A stretch of 62,447 nucleotides of DNA from Candidatus Kapaibacterium sp. (GTDB lineage Bacteria > Bacteroidota > Ignavibacteria > Kapaibacteriales > UBA2268): positions 1 through 62,447 of the forward strand of contig CALKJQ010000054.1 in assembly GCA_937995785.1 (NCBI GenBank), in the 5' to 3' direction. Positions within the stretch are counted from its first letter, which is position 1. Every line of letters begins with the position of its first letter. The position numbers and the translations under genes are program-made. Under the pieces are notes generated by a model that made no database searches, was not told where the DNA came from, and worked only from the letters and a program-made list of their open reading frames with translations. Shown here one piece after another: positions 1 to 8,891 of the stretch.

Positions 1-2
1 CC

Positions 3-524
3 ATAATCGATGGTCAACGGGATCAAACTGTTTGTGTAAATACTCCAATAAAAAACACTATTTTCTACGCAAACGGGGCAACGGGAGCAACATTTAACAA
101 TTTACCGAACGGTGTTAGCGGAAGTTATAGTCAAAGCACTGGATTAATAATAATAAGTGGAGTGCCAAAGGTTATAGGAACTTTTAATTATACGATTAAT
201 TTAACTGGTGGATGTGGCAGTGTGCAAACGAGTGGCACGCTTAGAGTTGATGATTGTGCCAGTGCCGTAGGAGAAGATATGCAATTTAAATATTCTGTTT
301 CTCCAAATCCAACAAGTAACAATCTTAAAATCATATTTGCCGATGAATATCAAGCAATATATATAAGACTTTATGATATATATGGCAGAATGATTCTAAC
401 AAAAGAAGCCCACGGACCTGAGACAGAAATAGACATCAGCCGATATGCAAGCGGGATCTACATAATGGAATTTGTATCTTCGCAAAACACAATGAAAGCA
501 AAAACAATGATAATAAAGGAATAA
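3..524 (+). CDS. T9SS-sorted surface protein, C-terminal fragment (5' end lies outside the window)
   Basis: The frame is open from the window edge to the stop at 522-524, so tracked ORF 162..524 is only its internal GTG part. The last ~80 aa (KYSVSPNPTSNNLKIIF...GIYIMEF...) fit the Por/T9SS C-terminal sorting domain pattern. The upstream sequence looks like an Ig-like repeat (TGGCGSVQTSGTLRV). Confidence 0.75.
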   Translation: MIDGQRDQTVCVNTPIKNTIFYANGATGATFNNLPNGVSGSYSQSTGLIIISGVPKVIGTFNYTINLTGGCGSVQTSGTLRVDDCASAVGEDMQFKYSVSPNPTSNNLKIIFADEYQAIYIRLYDIYGRMILTKEAHGPETEIDISRYASGIYIMEFVSSQNTMKAKTMIIKE

Positions 525-569
525 AAATGAAGATAAAAAGCAACATAAAATAAAGAAAGGAAGGGCATC

Positions 570-638
570 GGCGTTCGCTCGTTCGTTTCCATACGCTTCG
601 CTAATCACCGAACGCCCCCCCCGTGTGTGGCTGATTAG
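570..638. other. GC-rich nested inverted repeats in the spacer between two convergent genes (possible shared terminator or structured 3' UTR)
   Basis: GGCGTTCG (570-577) pairs with CGAACGCC (609-616), and CTAATCA (601-607) pairs with TGATTAG (632-638). A run of 8 C follows at 615-622. The segment is clearly more GC-rich than its surroundings. Confidence 0.3.
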
Positions 639-711
639 TTCCAAAGGCAATAGCAACTTCAAACTTCTTTGAAAATCTAAAATAATGTTTAATAAAAGAT
701 TAATTAGATTC

Positions 712-1923
712 TTACATATATCTGTGTATTTTCCCGATGTGTTCTTTAAATTCGGGTTTATACTCGGATGGATGCCGACCAAAGCAAACACCAAGTGCCT
801 CGTGGAAGGCTATTTCGTCCAAATCAACATATCGCTGCTTGATCGCTTCTTTTGTTGGGATGTAGGATATTTCTGTTGATTCCACTCCAACAACTGTAAC
901 GCCAGCGATACCTTGCTTCATTAAATAAACGGCGGCACCTCCGGCTTGCTTGCCGAAAGTAACGTCATAGGCGCTGGTTGCACCAGCTCTAACTAAGTGT
1001 CCCAATGAAACTTCGCGTATTTCGGGATATTGATAAATTCCATCAACATAAACGCCTTGACTTTTTAATACTTGTTCCCAAATCGGATCTTGATGCATAT
1101 AATGCTCTAATTGACGGCGTATAAAATGACCTACGCCCGACAATCTTTGATGTCCGAACGAGTCACTTCCAGATGCTTGATCGGTAAAGTATTGCCCTTC
1201 TTTGTTTTTTACACCTTCTGCGGCAACAATGATATAAGTGGAACCTTTAACATCGCTGGACACCAAACGCTCTATGTATATTTTCTTAAAATGTTCATAT
1301 AAAACTTCGTAATCAACTTCTACTTCGGGAATTAAAATTGCATCGGCATCGGCACCTAATCCGCCACGGAAAGCCGTGTGTCCTGCATAACGTCCAAAGA
1401 CCTCGATAATGAGGGCGCGATTGTGGGTTATTCCTGTTGTTCGGAGTTCGTCGGTAAATTTTGCAATGCGATTGATTGTGGAATCGCCGCCAACCGAGTA
1501 GGTTTGGAGGTCTAAGTCCATTGTTTTGGGAACGTGAACGCACTTAATACCTTGTTGGAGTAGGTCTACGACAACCGAACCGGTGTCGTCGCCGCCAGCA
1601 ATGATTAATCCGTCGATATTGTGTTTTTTCAAGCCGGCTTTAATTTTTTCGTATTTATCGGGGTCTTGAATTTTGCTAATTTTCACTCTCGAATGGCCGG
1701 CCTCCGACCCCGCTATTCCTGAATGTATTTTGTCGGCACGAACGGTGTCGATTGTAACGAGTTCAAGATTGAGGAGGTTATATAATCCGGCATATCCATT
1801 GGGTATTAGAGTTGCTTCTATATTCAAATTGTTTGCCATACGGGCAGCGCCGATAATTACGGCATTCAATCCGCCGCAATCTCCACCCGAGGTTATGATA
1901 CCAATTTTTTTAACTTCTTTCAT
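712..1923 (-). CDS. pfp: 6-phosphofructokinase, probably pyrophosphate-dependent (PPi-PFK type)
   Basis: N-terminus KIGIITSGGDCGGLNAVI is the PFK family signature. IIAGGDDTGS replaces GGDGS, and PKTMDLD replaces PGTIDND. Asp and Lys at these two positions are the classical PPi-versus-ATP discriminators. Confidence 0.85.
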   Translation of the reverse strand: MKEVKKIGIITSGGDCGGLNAVIIGAARMANNLNIEATLIPNGYAGLYNLLNLELVTIDTVRADKIHSGIAGSEAGHSRVKISKIQDPDKYEKIKAGLKKHNIDGLIIAGGDDTGSVVVDLLQQGIKCVHVPKTMDLDLQTYSVGGDSTINRIAKFTDELRTTGITHNRALIIEVFGRYAGHTAFRGGLGADADAILIPEVEVDYEVLYEHFKKIYIERLVSSDVKGSTYIIVAAEGVKNKEGQYFTDQASGSDSFGHQRLSGVGHFIRRQLEHYMHQDPIWEQVLKSQGVYVDGIYQYPEIREVSLGHLVRAGATSAYDVTFGKQAGGAAVYLMKQGIAGVTVVGVESTEISYIPTKEAIKQRYVDLDEIAFHEALGVCFGRHPSEYKPEFKEHIGKIHRYM

Positions 1924-1951
1924 AATATTTATATCCTAATTTATTTGTATC

Positions 1952-2536
1952 CTATTTTGTCCTCACACTAAAAAAAAGCACTACTGTGAGCACGGTTGCC
2001 CCAATAACTATTATTGGTTCTAAAACTTGATCAAAAAAAGAGCGATTTGTTTTTGGAATTTTGCCTTTTGTGAAAGGGAACATATCGTTTTCGGCAAGGT
2101 TGATATCCTCGGGATTAATTTTATCTTTAAAAGTAGTTTTCGTTTCGTCTATTAAACTCAACTCACCATTTTTATCCATCAAATAAATTTGAGCACTAAT
2201 ATTTATGGTTCGGTTTAATTCATCCCCCGTTTCGTTGTATAATATTTCGAAATCGCGAATATCCAACTTTAAAATTGTTGTGGAATTTTCGTTGATACTT
2301 ATTTTTTTATTGGATAATTCATTAATAAGTTTATTGGTAAAATAATTAAAATTACTATTTTCGATTACTTTAACATTATTTATCTTTTTCTCTGTAAGAG
2401 TAATGGATATTTTGTAAAAAAAATCGTCGAAGATAGAGTCAATTACTTGTTTGTTTGTCATTAATTCAAAGCAAAATAAGTGTGATTGAACAACAAATAA
2501 AGAAATTATACCTATAATTAGTTTGAATTTACTCAT
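1952..2536 (-). CDS. hypothetical membrane-anchored protein (N-terminal signal/anchor plus C-terminal TM helix)
   Basis: 194-aa ORF with a hydrophobic N-terminus (LIIGIISLFVVQSHLF) and a hydrophobic C-terminus (IIVIGATVLTVVLFF). It overlaps the upstream ORF by 4 bp. I recognise no family. Confidence 0.6.
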   Translation of the reverse strand: MSKFKLIIGIISLFVVQSHLFCFELMTNKQVIDSIFDDFFYKISITLTEKKINNVKVIENSNFNYFTNKLINELSNKKISINENSTTILKLDIRDFEILYNETGDELNRTINISAQIYLMDKNGELSLIDETKTTFKDKINPEDINLAENDMFPFTKGKIPKTNRSFFDQVLEPIIVIGATVLTVVLFFSVRTK

Positions 2537-2997
2537 AAGTTGAATTCTTTTTTTATTCGGATAAATTCGTCGAGGAGCAGTTGTTCTTTGTCGTAATAAG
2601 CTGGATTAATGCGGATTGCTCTTCGTTTTCCTTTAATTTTAATAAATATTATGCGATAAAAATCTAACTTTTTGTATTTATTGTTTCTTATTACAATTTT
2701 TTGAATATTTTGGAAGTCAATTATTTTAGTAAACCATCGGTTTTTAAAAACGAAACTTGTTTCTTCGATAATTACTTTCTTTTTTTGGTACATTTGATAA
2801 ATCAAAGCAATCGAAGTAATAACAGTAATAAAGATAAGAAGAAAAATTATAGGTTGGTAAATGCTCTCAATTACTTTAGTATTGGATATAGATTCCCTAA
2901 TTAAAATAAACACACTGAGTACGATTGCGTAGAGGCTTAAAGATTTCCAATAATAATCCAAACGATATTCGAAAACGATAATTTTTTTGTCTTCCAT
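2533..2997 (-). CDS. hypothetical two-TM membrane protein with a basic soluble C-terminal domain (bPH-like, unverified)
   Basis: 154-aa ORF starting 2 bp after the murG stop. It has two hydrophobic helices (LSLYAIVLSVFILI, IIFLLIFITVITSIALI) followed by a Lys/Arg-rich beta-type domain. Confidence 0.6.
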   Translation of the reverse strand: MEDKKIIVFEYRLDYYWKSLSLYAIVLSVFILIRESISNTKVIESIYQPIIFLLIFITVITSIALIYQMYQKKKVIIEETSFVFKNRWFTKIIDFQNIQKIVIRNNKYKKLDFYRIIFIKIKGKRRAIRINPAYYDKEQLLLDEFIRIKKEFNL

Positions 2998-2999
2998 AG

Positions 3000-4106
3000 T
3001 TAAACTCGACTATCTAAGTTAGCAACAATTGCATTTGCAATATCGCGAGCTGCATTAGGACGGGCAAATCTACGGATATTTATCTCCATTTCTCGTAATT
3101 TTGATTTATTGTTCAACACTTCGCATATCTTTTGAGTAAGGTTAATCTGTAAAGTTTCTTGGTTCAAAACTACTGCAGCGCCATTTCTCTCGAAAAATCT
3201 TGCATTAAATTCCTGCTCATTGTTTGCCGCAAGCACCAGCGGAACAAGTAACGAAGGTTTTGCCATTACAGCCAATTCGGCGAGTGTGGAAGCTCCCGAA
3301 CGGCACAGCACCAAATCGGCAGCAGAGTAGGCAGAATACATATCGTCGATAAATTCCACACACTTAAATTGTTTTGGCAAATCCAAAGATTTGTATTTTT
3401 CGTACTCTTTGCCCGTTTGCCATATCATTTGCAAATTGGCGTTAGATAATTCATCGAGATTCAACTTTATGGCATTATTTATTTTCTGTGCTCCCAAGCT
3501 GCCGCCAAAAACGAGTAATGTTGGTTTATCGGGCTCTAATGCCCATATTTCTCTTGCCTTTGCTTTATCGATTTGGTTTTTAAAGAAATCTTCCCGAACT
3601 GGATTGCCGGTGTATTCAATCCGTTTTATCTTTTTATTTGTCAGAAATTTCTGTGTTTCGGGAAAAGAAGTGAAAAGGATTTCGGCATATTTGGATAGCA
3701 AGGTTATCGTTTTGCCAGGATTGAAATTTGATTCCATCAAAAAAATAGGGACTTTAGCATTATTAGCTGCGAGTGCTGGCGGGAAACTTATGTATGCGCC
3801 AGTTGCGATTAATGCATCAACTTTCTTTTTCTTAATAATTCTCTTTATTCTGTATTCACTTTGAAGAACTTTTAGTGGTAATAATAAATTCCTTAGGTCG
3901 AATAAACCTCTTAGACCATCGATCTCTATGTGGTGAAATTCGTATCCTGAAGTTTTTACAACTTTTCCTTCAATTTTATCCTTCCTGCCCACAAATATAA
4001 AATTATAGTTTGGGTTCATCTTTTTTAGTTCACTCACAACAGAAATTGCGGGAAAAAGATGACCTCCAGTTCCACCAGCAGCAATCAAAAATGTATAGTT
4101 TTTCAT
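3000..4106 (-). CDS. murG: UDP-N-acetylglucosamine--N-acetylmuramyl-(pentapeptide) pyrophosphoryl-undecaprenol GlcNAc transferase MurG
   Basis: IAAGGTGGHLFPAISV glycine-rich motif, with GT28 N- and C-terminal domains throughout. I chose ATG at 4106 (MKNYTFLIAAGG) because a TAnnTTTG box lies inside the longer tracked ORF (to 4196). Confidence 0.92.
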   Translation of the reverse strand: MKNYTFLIAAGGTGGHLFPAISVVSELKKMNPNYNFIFVGRKDKIEGKVVKTSGYEFHHIEIDGLRGLFDLRNLLLPLKVLQSEYRIKRIIKKKKVDALIATGAYISFPPALAANNAKVPIFLMESNFNPGKTITLLSKYAEILFTSFPETQKFLTNKKIKRIEYTGNPVREDFFKNQIDKAKAREIWALEPDKPTLLVFGGSLGAQKINNAIKLNLDELSNANLQMIWQTGKEYEKYKSLDLPKQFKCVEFIDDMYSAYSAADLVLCRSGASTLAELAVMAKPSLLVPLVLAANNEQEFNARFFERNGAAVVLNQETLQINLTQKICEVLNNKSKLREMEINIRRFARPNAARDIANAIVANLDSRV

Positions 4107-4126
4107 ATGTTTAATCAACAATACTG

Positions 4127-4134
4127 CAAATTTA
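4127..4134 (-). promoter_or_regulatory. Bacteroidota-type -7 promoter box (TAAATTTG) upstream of murG
   Basis: The plus strand reads CAAATTTA, which is TAAATTTG on the minus strand. It lies 21 nt upstream of the murG ATG. Confidence 0.4.
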
Positions 4135-4216
4135 AGAAAAAAGTATATATTACATTTTTTTTTGTTAATTTCGTCTTTCGATAAAATAATTGTCATATTT
4201 TTTAAGGATTTCTAAA

Positions 4217-4933
4217 ATGAAAAACTACCTTAGTTATTTTGCTTTTTTTGTTTTCTTTACCTCACTGGCTATATCTCAACCAAAATTAGAAATAGAGGGC
4301 GGCAACACCTACAATTGGGGAAAAGTTAATTACAAAAATTCTCCTGTGAACGCCAAAATAAAACTAAAAAATGTGGGAAACGAAACGCTGAAAATTTCAG
4401 AAGTTAAGCCCGGATGTGGCTGCACTGCCGCACCTTTAGATAAATACGAAATAGCACCTGGCGAATTTGCAACTTTGTCTGTATCATTGAACATTTCCAC
4501 ATATTCCGGCGAAACAGTAAAATCTATTAGAATATCGTCGAACGACCCACAAAATGGCGATACCTATTTATTTATCAAAGCCGACGTCTATCGTCCCGTG
4601 GTTGTATCGCCCAGCAATTATTTAGGTCGTAGTTCAATTAATATCGGTAAACAAGAAGAATTTAGTTTCTCTCTCAAAAATCAAACCGACAAAAGTATGA
4701 AAGTTACATCTGTAGAAATTATGCCAAAAGATGCTACTTGCGATGTGAAAGTTGGCGATGTGTTGCCTGCAAATCAGGACAAAAAATACATTATTAAATA
4801 TACTGCCAAAAAGGGCGATGAAAGGTTAAATGGCTCGTTAAAAATAAAGACTAACGACGAAGATGCGGGCGAAATTGGAATTTATTTTTATGGCAATATA
4901 GTCAATCCAGAATCCACTTCAACACCTAAGTAA
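4217..4933 (+). CDS. DUF1573 domain-containing secreted protein
   Basis: Signal peptide MKNYLSYFAFFVFFTSLAISQ. The motif KPGCGCTAAPLDK is the hallmark GCGCT motif of DUF1573. Start taken at ATG 4217 rather than 4190. Confidence 0.8.
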   Translation: MKNYLSYFAFFVFFTSLAISQPKLEIEGGNTYNWGKVNYKNSPVNAKIKLKNVGNETLKISEVKPGCGCTAAPLDKYEIAPGEFATLSVSLNISTYSGETVKSIRISSNDPQNGDTYLFIKADVYRPVVVSPSNYLGRSSINIGKQEEFSFSLKNQTDKSMKVTSVEIMPKDATCDVKVGDVLPANQDKKYIIKYTAKKGDERLNGSLKIKTNDEDAGEIGIYFYGNIVNPESTSTPK

Positions 4934-4952
4934 CATAATTCTCAATAATTTT

Positions 4953-6200
4953 ATGGCAAAAGCATCGATAATTACAATAGGCGACGAGATTCTGATTGGC
5001 CAAATTATCAATACTAATGCTTCGTGGATATCTCAATACTTAACCAATTACGGAATAATTGTCGATAAACAAGTTTCTGTTTCCGATAAAAAAAGTGTTA
5101 TTTACGAAACAATTCGCAACGAACTCGCTCGTTGCGATATTGTTATTACTACGGGTGGATTGGGACCCACATCCGACGACAATACAAAACAAGTAATTTG
5201 CGATGTATTCTCTGATAGCTTAAGATTTGACGGTGATACCTCGGAAAACATAAAGCATTTGTTCGGGCTTCGCAACCGTCAGATAACCGAACGAAACATA
5301 CAGCAAGCAATGGTTCCTTCTCGCTCGATTGCTCTCAAAAATGATTATGGAACTGCACCTGGTATTTTATTAAAAGATAATGAAAAATTGTTTTTGGCAT
5401 TGCCGGGCGTTCCAATCGAAATGAAAGCCATAATAGAAAATTCTTTCAAGCCCTATTTAATCGATTATTTAGAAAATCATCAGGGGGAATTCGTCCTTTA
5501 TAAGACAATTAACACGGTTGGTATTTTCGAATCTAATCTTGCAGATTTGATTGGCGACCCTTCGAAATTTTTAGACGACGACACCTCTTTGGCGTTTTTA
5601 CCCAATTATCGAGGCGTTAGATTGCGGGTTGGTGCCATTAAAAAATCTTATCACGATGCAAAAGCCGCCGTCGATAAAGCCTTAGATTATTTATCCAAAA
5701 TTGTTAGTCAATACATTATTTCTGAAGGTGATTTTAATTTAGCCCAAATTGCACACGAACTTCTTATTAAAAACAATAAAAAAATAGCAATTGCCGAATC
5801 CTGCACTGGTGGTTATTTAGGCAAGGAAATTACTGACTTGGCGGGAGCATCGAGCTACTTTATGGGGGGAGCGATAACCTACAGCAACCAATCCAAAATT
5901 CGATTGCTAAATGTGGGAGAAGAAACAATTAATACGCACGGTGCAGTTAGCTCCCAAACGGCTTTGGAAATGGCAGAAAATGTACGAAAATTGTTTGGAA
6001 CGGACTTTGGAATTAGTATTACCGGAATAGCCGGACCCGACGGAGGAACACCCGACAAACCAGTTGGAACTGTTTTCATTGGTCTGTCGGACAAAAACGG
6101 AACAAACGCATACGAATATCATTTTGGCGAAAACAGGTCAATTAACCGAGAAAGAGCAGTCGCTAATGCTTTTCTCCTTTTAATTAATAAGTTAAAATAA
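4953..6200 (+). CDS. cinA: CinA family protein (MoCF-biosynthesis-like domain plus nicotinamide-nucleotide amidohydrolase PncC domain)
   Basis: N-terminus AKASIITIGDEILIGQIINTNASWI and TTGGLGPTSDD. The C-terminal domain has AIAESCTGGYLG and GISITGIAGPDGG. Confidence 0.9.
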   Translation: MAKASIITIGDEILIGQIINTNASWISQYLTNYGIIVDKQVSVSDKKSVIYETIRNELARCDIVITTGGLGPTSDDNTKQVICDVFSDSLRFDGDTSENIKHLFGLRNRQITERNIQQAMVPSRSIALKNDYGTAPGILLKDNEKLFLALPGVPIEMKAIIENSFKPYLIDYLENHQGEFVLYKTINTVGIFESNLADLIGDPSKFLDDDTSLAFLPNYRGVRLRVGAIKKSYHDAKAAVDKALDYLSKIVSQYIISEGDFNLAQIAHELLIKNNKKIAIAESCTGGYLGKEITDLAGASSYFMGGAITYSNQSKIRLLNVGEETINTHGAVSSQTALEMAENVRKLFGTDFGISITGIAGPDGGTPDKPVGTVFIGLSDKNGTNAYEYHFGENRSINRERAVANAFLLLINKLK

Positions 6201-6209
6201 AGGTTTATT

Positions 6210-7382
6210 ATGGGAAGTGTAATTCTTTCGGCAAAAAGAACTCCAATAGGAGCATATTTAGGGTCATTGTCTGGCTTTTCCGCTCCACAGTTGGGAGCCT
6301 TTGCAATTAAATCGGCAGTGGAACAATCAGGTATAAATATCGAAGAAATCAATGAAGTTATTATGGGAAACGTTCTGCAAGGTGGAGTGGGACAAGCCCC
6401 AGCTCGTCAGGCAGCAATTTATGCAGGATTACCTATTAGCGTTGAGTGTATGACTGTCAATAAAGTTTGTGGCAGCGGATTGAAAGCCGTGATGCTTGCC
6501 GACCAAGCAATCAAAACGGGCGATGCAGAATTAATTGTAGCAGGTGGGATGGAATCTATGAGCAATGCCCCATATTTCCTTAAAAAAGCCCGTACAGGCT
6601 TCCGTATGGGACACGGAGAATTGCTCGATTTGATGATACACGATGGTTTGTGGGACCCCTATAAAAATATTCATATGGGTATGGCGGGCGAACTTTGTTC
6701 TTCCACCTATAACATAACCCGTGAAGAACAAGACGATTACGCAATTATGAGTTACAAGCGAGCATTGGAAGCACAAGAAAAAGGATATTTCGACAACGAA
6801 ATAGCACTTGTGGAAATCACCAACAAATCTGGTTCTACGTTTGTAAAATTAGACGAAGAACCCTCCAAGGTTTCGTTCGAAAAAATTAAATCGCTTAAAC
6901 CCGTATTCAAAACAGATGGCGTTATTACTGCTGCAAATGCCTCCTCAATCGACGATGGAGCCGCCGCATTGGTTGTTGCTTCCGAGGATTATGCCCGCAA
7001 TAAAGGATTAACTCCAATTGCAAAAGTTATTGGTCACGTGTCGTTTGCCCAACAACCCGAATGGTTCACCACAGCGCCAACATCTGCCATCAAAAAATTG
7101 TTGGATAAGGTTGGAATGAGCGTTGAACAAATAGATTTATTCGAAGTGAACGAAGCATTTGCAGTCGTATCGATGATAACAGCCAAAAATTTAAATATTC
7201 CTTACGAAAAAATGAACATCCACGGAGGAGCAGTATCATTGGGACACCCAATAGGAGCAAGCGGAGCACGCATACTTACCACTTTGATATATGCATTAAA
7301 GCGCATAGGTGGCAAATATGGAATAGCCTCGCTTTGCATAGGAGGTGGCGAAGCCAACGCCCTATTGGTAGAAATGATATAA
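6210..7382 (+). CDS. acetyl-CoA C-acetyltransferase (thiolase II)
   Basis: Active-site contexts NKVCGSGLKAV (Cys), GHPIGASGARIL (His) and LCIGGGEANAL (Cys). The 390-aa length is typical. Confidence 0.93.
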   Translation: MGSVILSAKRTPIGAYLGSLSGFSAPQLGAFAIKSAVEQSGINIEEINEVIMGNVLQGGVGQAPARQAAIYAGLPISVECMTVNKVCGSGLKAVMLADQAIKTGDAELIVAGGMESMSNAPYFLKKARTGFRMGHGELLDLMIHDGLWDPYKNIHMGMAGELCSSTYNITREEQDDYAIMSYKRALEAQEKGYFDNEIALVEITNKSGSTFVKLDEEPSKVSFEKIKSLKPVFKTDGVITAANASSIDDGAAALVVASEDYARNKGLTPIAKVIGHVSFAQQPEWFTTAPTSAIKKLLDKVGMSVEQIDLFEVNEAFAVVSMITAKNLNIPYEKMNIHGGAVSLGHPIGASGARILTTLIYALKRIGGKYGIASLCIGGGEANALLVEMI

Positions 7383-7428
7383 AATAAATCATTCAACATT
7401 CAATAAGAATTTCAAAAATTAATAAGAG

Positions 7429-7465
7429 TGGGGTAATTAATAAAAATACAATACCCCATTTTTTA
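7429..7465 (+). terminator. rho-independent terminator after the thiolase gene
   Basis: TGGGGTA (7429-7435) pairs with TACCCCA (7452-7458), followed by a T tract at 7459-7464. The loop is rather long (16 nt). Confidence 0.5.
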
Positions 7466-7615
7466 TTGCTTAATTATCTTTAATTACAATTATAATATTC
7501 ATAATTTCTAACTACAAAGATGCCGCCTCCGTGTTGGAAGTTCAATTATTGGATAGATATTATTTTTCGATAAAATTCAGATTTTAAAATATTTACATAT
7601 TAATATTTAATTTCA

Positions 7616-7623
7616 TAGTTTTG
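7616..7623 (+). promoter_or_regulatory. Bacteroidota-type -7 promoter box (TAGTTTTG) upstream of the methyltransferase
   Basis: TAGTTTTG lies 14-23 nt upstream of the candidate starts (TTG 7637, ATG 7646). Confidence 0.35.
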
Positions 7624-7645
7624 TAATCTTTTAACCTTGGTATTG

Positions 7646-8884
7646 ATGATTAATTTGGATAATTTTTTCAGGAATTTCAATCTTTATGATAAAGAAACTC
7701 TTTTTGATATTAAATCTGTAACACAAATTGATTATTATAATCATAACTTACTTGCTATTCCTAAATATATTAATGAATATTGGACATCAAAACAAAGGCA
7801 ATCTAATTCTCTACACGAAGTTTCTTATCGTGCATGTTTCAAGCCGCAACTACCAAGATTTTTCATAGAATTATTAACTAATGTTGACGATATAGTTTAT
7901 GACCCTTTTTCAGGCAGAGGGACAACTGCATTGGAAGCCTCTTTGTTAAATAGACGGTTTATTGCAAATGATATAAACCCATTGTCACTTATTTTATTGA
8001 GACCGCGAGTGAGACCACCTAAGATTGATGAAATTGCCCAAAGATTAAATGAAATAAATTTCAACCAAGATCATAAGCAAGACATTGATCTGTCGATGTT
8101 TTATCACGAACAAACATTTAAAGAAATACTATCCTTAAGGTGCTATTTAATAGAAAAAAAATCTAATGATAAAGAAGATTATATAGACCATTGGATTAGA
8201 ATGGTTGCTACAAATCGCCTTACAGGTCATTCCAAAGGTTTTTTCTCTGTTTATACCCTACCACCCAATCAAGCTGTTGCTCCCGAAAGTCAAATAAAGA
8301 TAAATACTAAAAAAAATCAAAAACCCGAATATCGCAATACAAAAGAAATAATTTTAAGAAAGTCTTATGAGCTACTAAAAGATGTTACAGATAGTGTTAG
8401 AAAAAATCTGTGGGCTGTTGCGGAAAATTCAATATTTTTAAATTGTGATGCAGCAAACACCAACCAAATACAATCAAACTCTGTCTCTTTAACTGTTACA
8501 TCGCCTCCTTTTCTGGATGTTGTGGATTATGCATCTGATAATTGGCTAAGATGCTGGTTCAATGATTTAGATGTTAATGATATATCCAAAAACTTAGTTA
8601 TGGCAAAATCTTTAGACAAATGGATTGGTTTTATAACTAATGTTTTCAGCCAACTGTACAGAATAACAAATGCAAATGGATTTGTGGCATTCGAAGTTGG
8701 GGAGGTCAAGAATGGCAGAATTAATCTTGAAGAATATGTTGTTGATATTGGAATTAAATCGGGTTTTACTTGTGCGGGAATTATTATTAATCAACAAACA
8801 TTTACAAAAACCTCCAATATCTGGGGGGTTAAGAATAACACAAAAGGAACCAATTCAAATAGAATAGTATTGTTTAAAAAATAG
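7646..8884 (+). CDS. type II DNA amino-methyltransferase (N4-cytosine or N6-adenine), motif order I before IV
   Basis: Motif I is VYDPFSGRGTTALEA (nt 7901 onward). Motif IV is TSPPF (nt 8498-8512), about 195 aa downstream. The HEVSYRACFKPQLPRFFIE region precedes motif I, as in N6_N4 MTases. The tracked ORF begins at TTG 7637 and the first ATG is 7646. Confidence 0.85.
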   Translation: MINLDNFFRNFNLYDKETLFDIKSVTQIDYYNHNLLAIPKYINEYWTSKQRQSNSLHEVSYRACFKPQLPRFFIELLTNVDDIVYDPFSGRGTTALEASLLNRRFIANDINPLSLILLRPRVRPPKIDEIAQRLNEINFNQDHKQDIDLSMFYHEQTFKEILSLRCYLIEKKSNDKEDYIDHWIRMVATNRLTGHSKGFFSVYTLPPNQAVAPESQIKINTKKNQKPEYRNTKEIILRKSYELLKDVTDSVRKNLWAVAENSIFLNCDAANTNQIQSNSVSLTVTSPPFLDVVDYASDNWLRCWFNDLDVNDISKNLVMAKSLDKWIGFITNVFSQLYRITNANGFVAFEVGEVKNGRINLEEYVVDIGIKSGFTCAGIIINQQTFTKTSNIWGVKNNTKGTNSNRIVLFKK

Positions 8885-8891
8885 AATTCTT

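Noticed and set aside
3391-3864. 157-aa ORF antisense to murG
   Set aside because: It lies entirely inside the confidently identified murG gene on the opposite strand and has a low-complexity hydrophobic composition. It is a typical shadow ORF.
4107-4196. N-terminal extensions of tracked ORFs: murG to 4196, thyX from 18479, LRR gene from 30234, orf at 31178, hisS to 50256, EamA from 56391, engB from 57256, NUDIX from 57819
   Set aside because: In each case an internal ATG yields the canonical N-terminus or signal peptide. In each case the extension also overlaps an upstream gene, a promoter box, or starts at a non-ATG codon.
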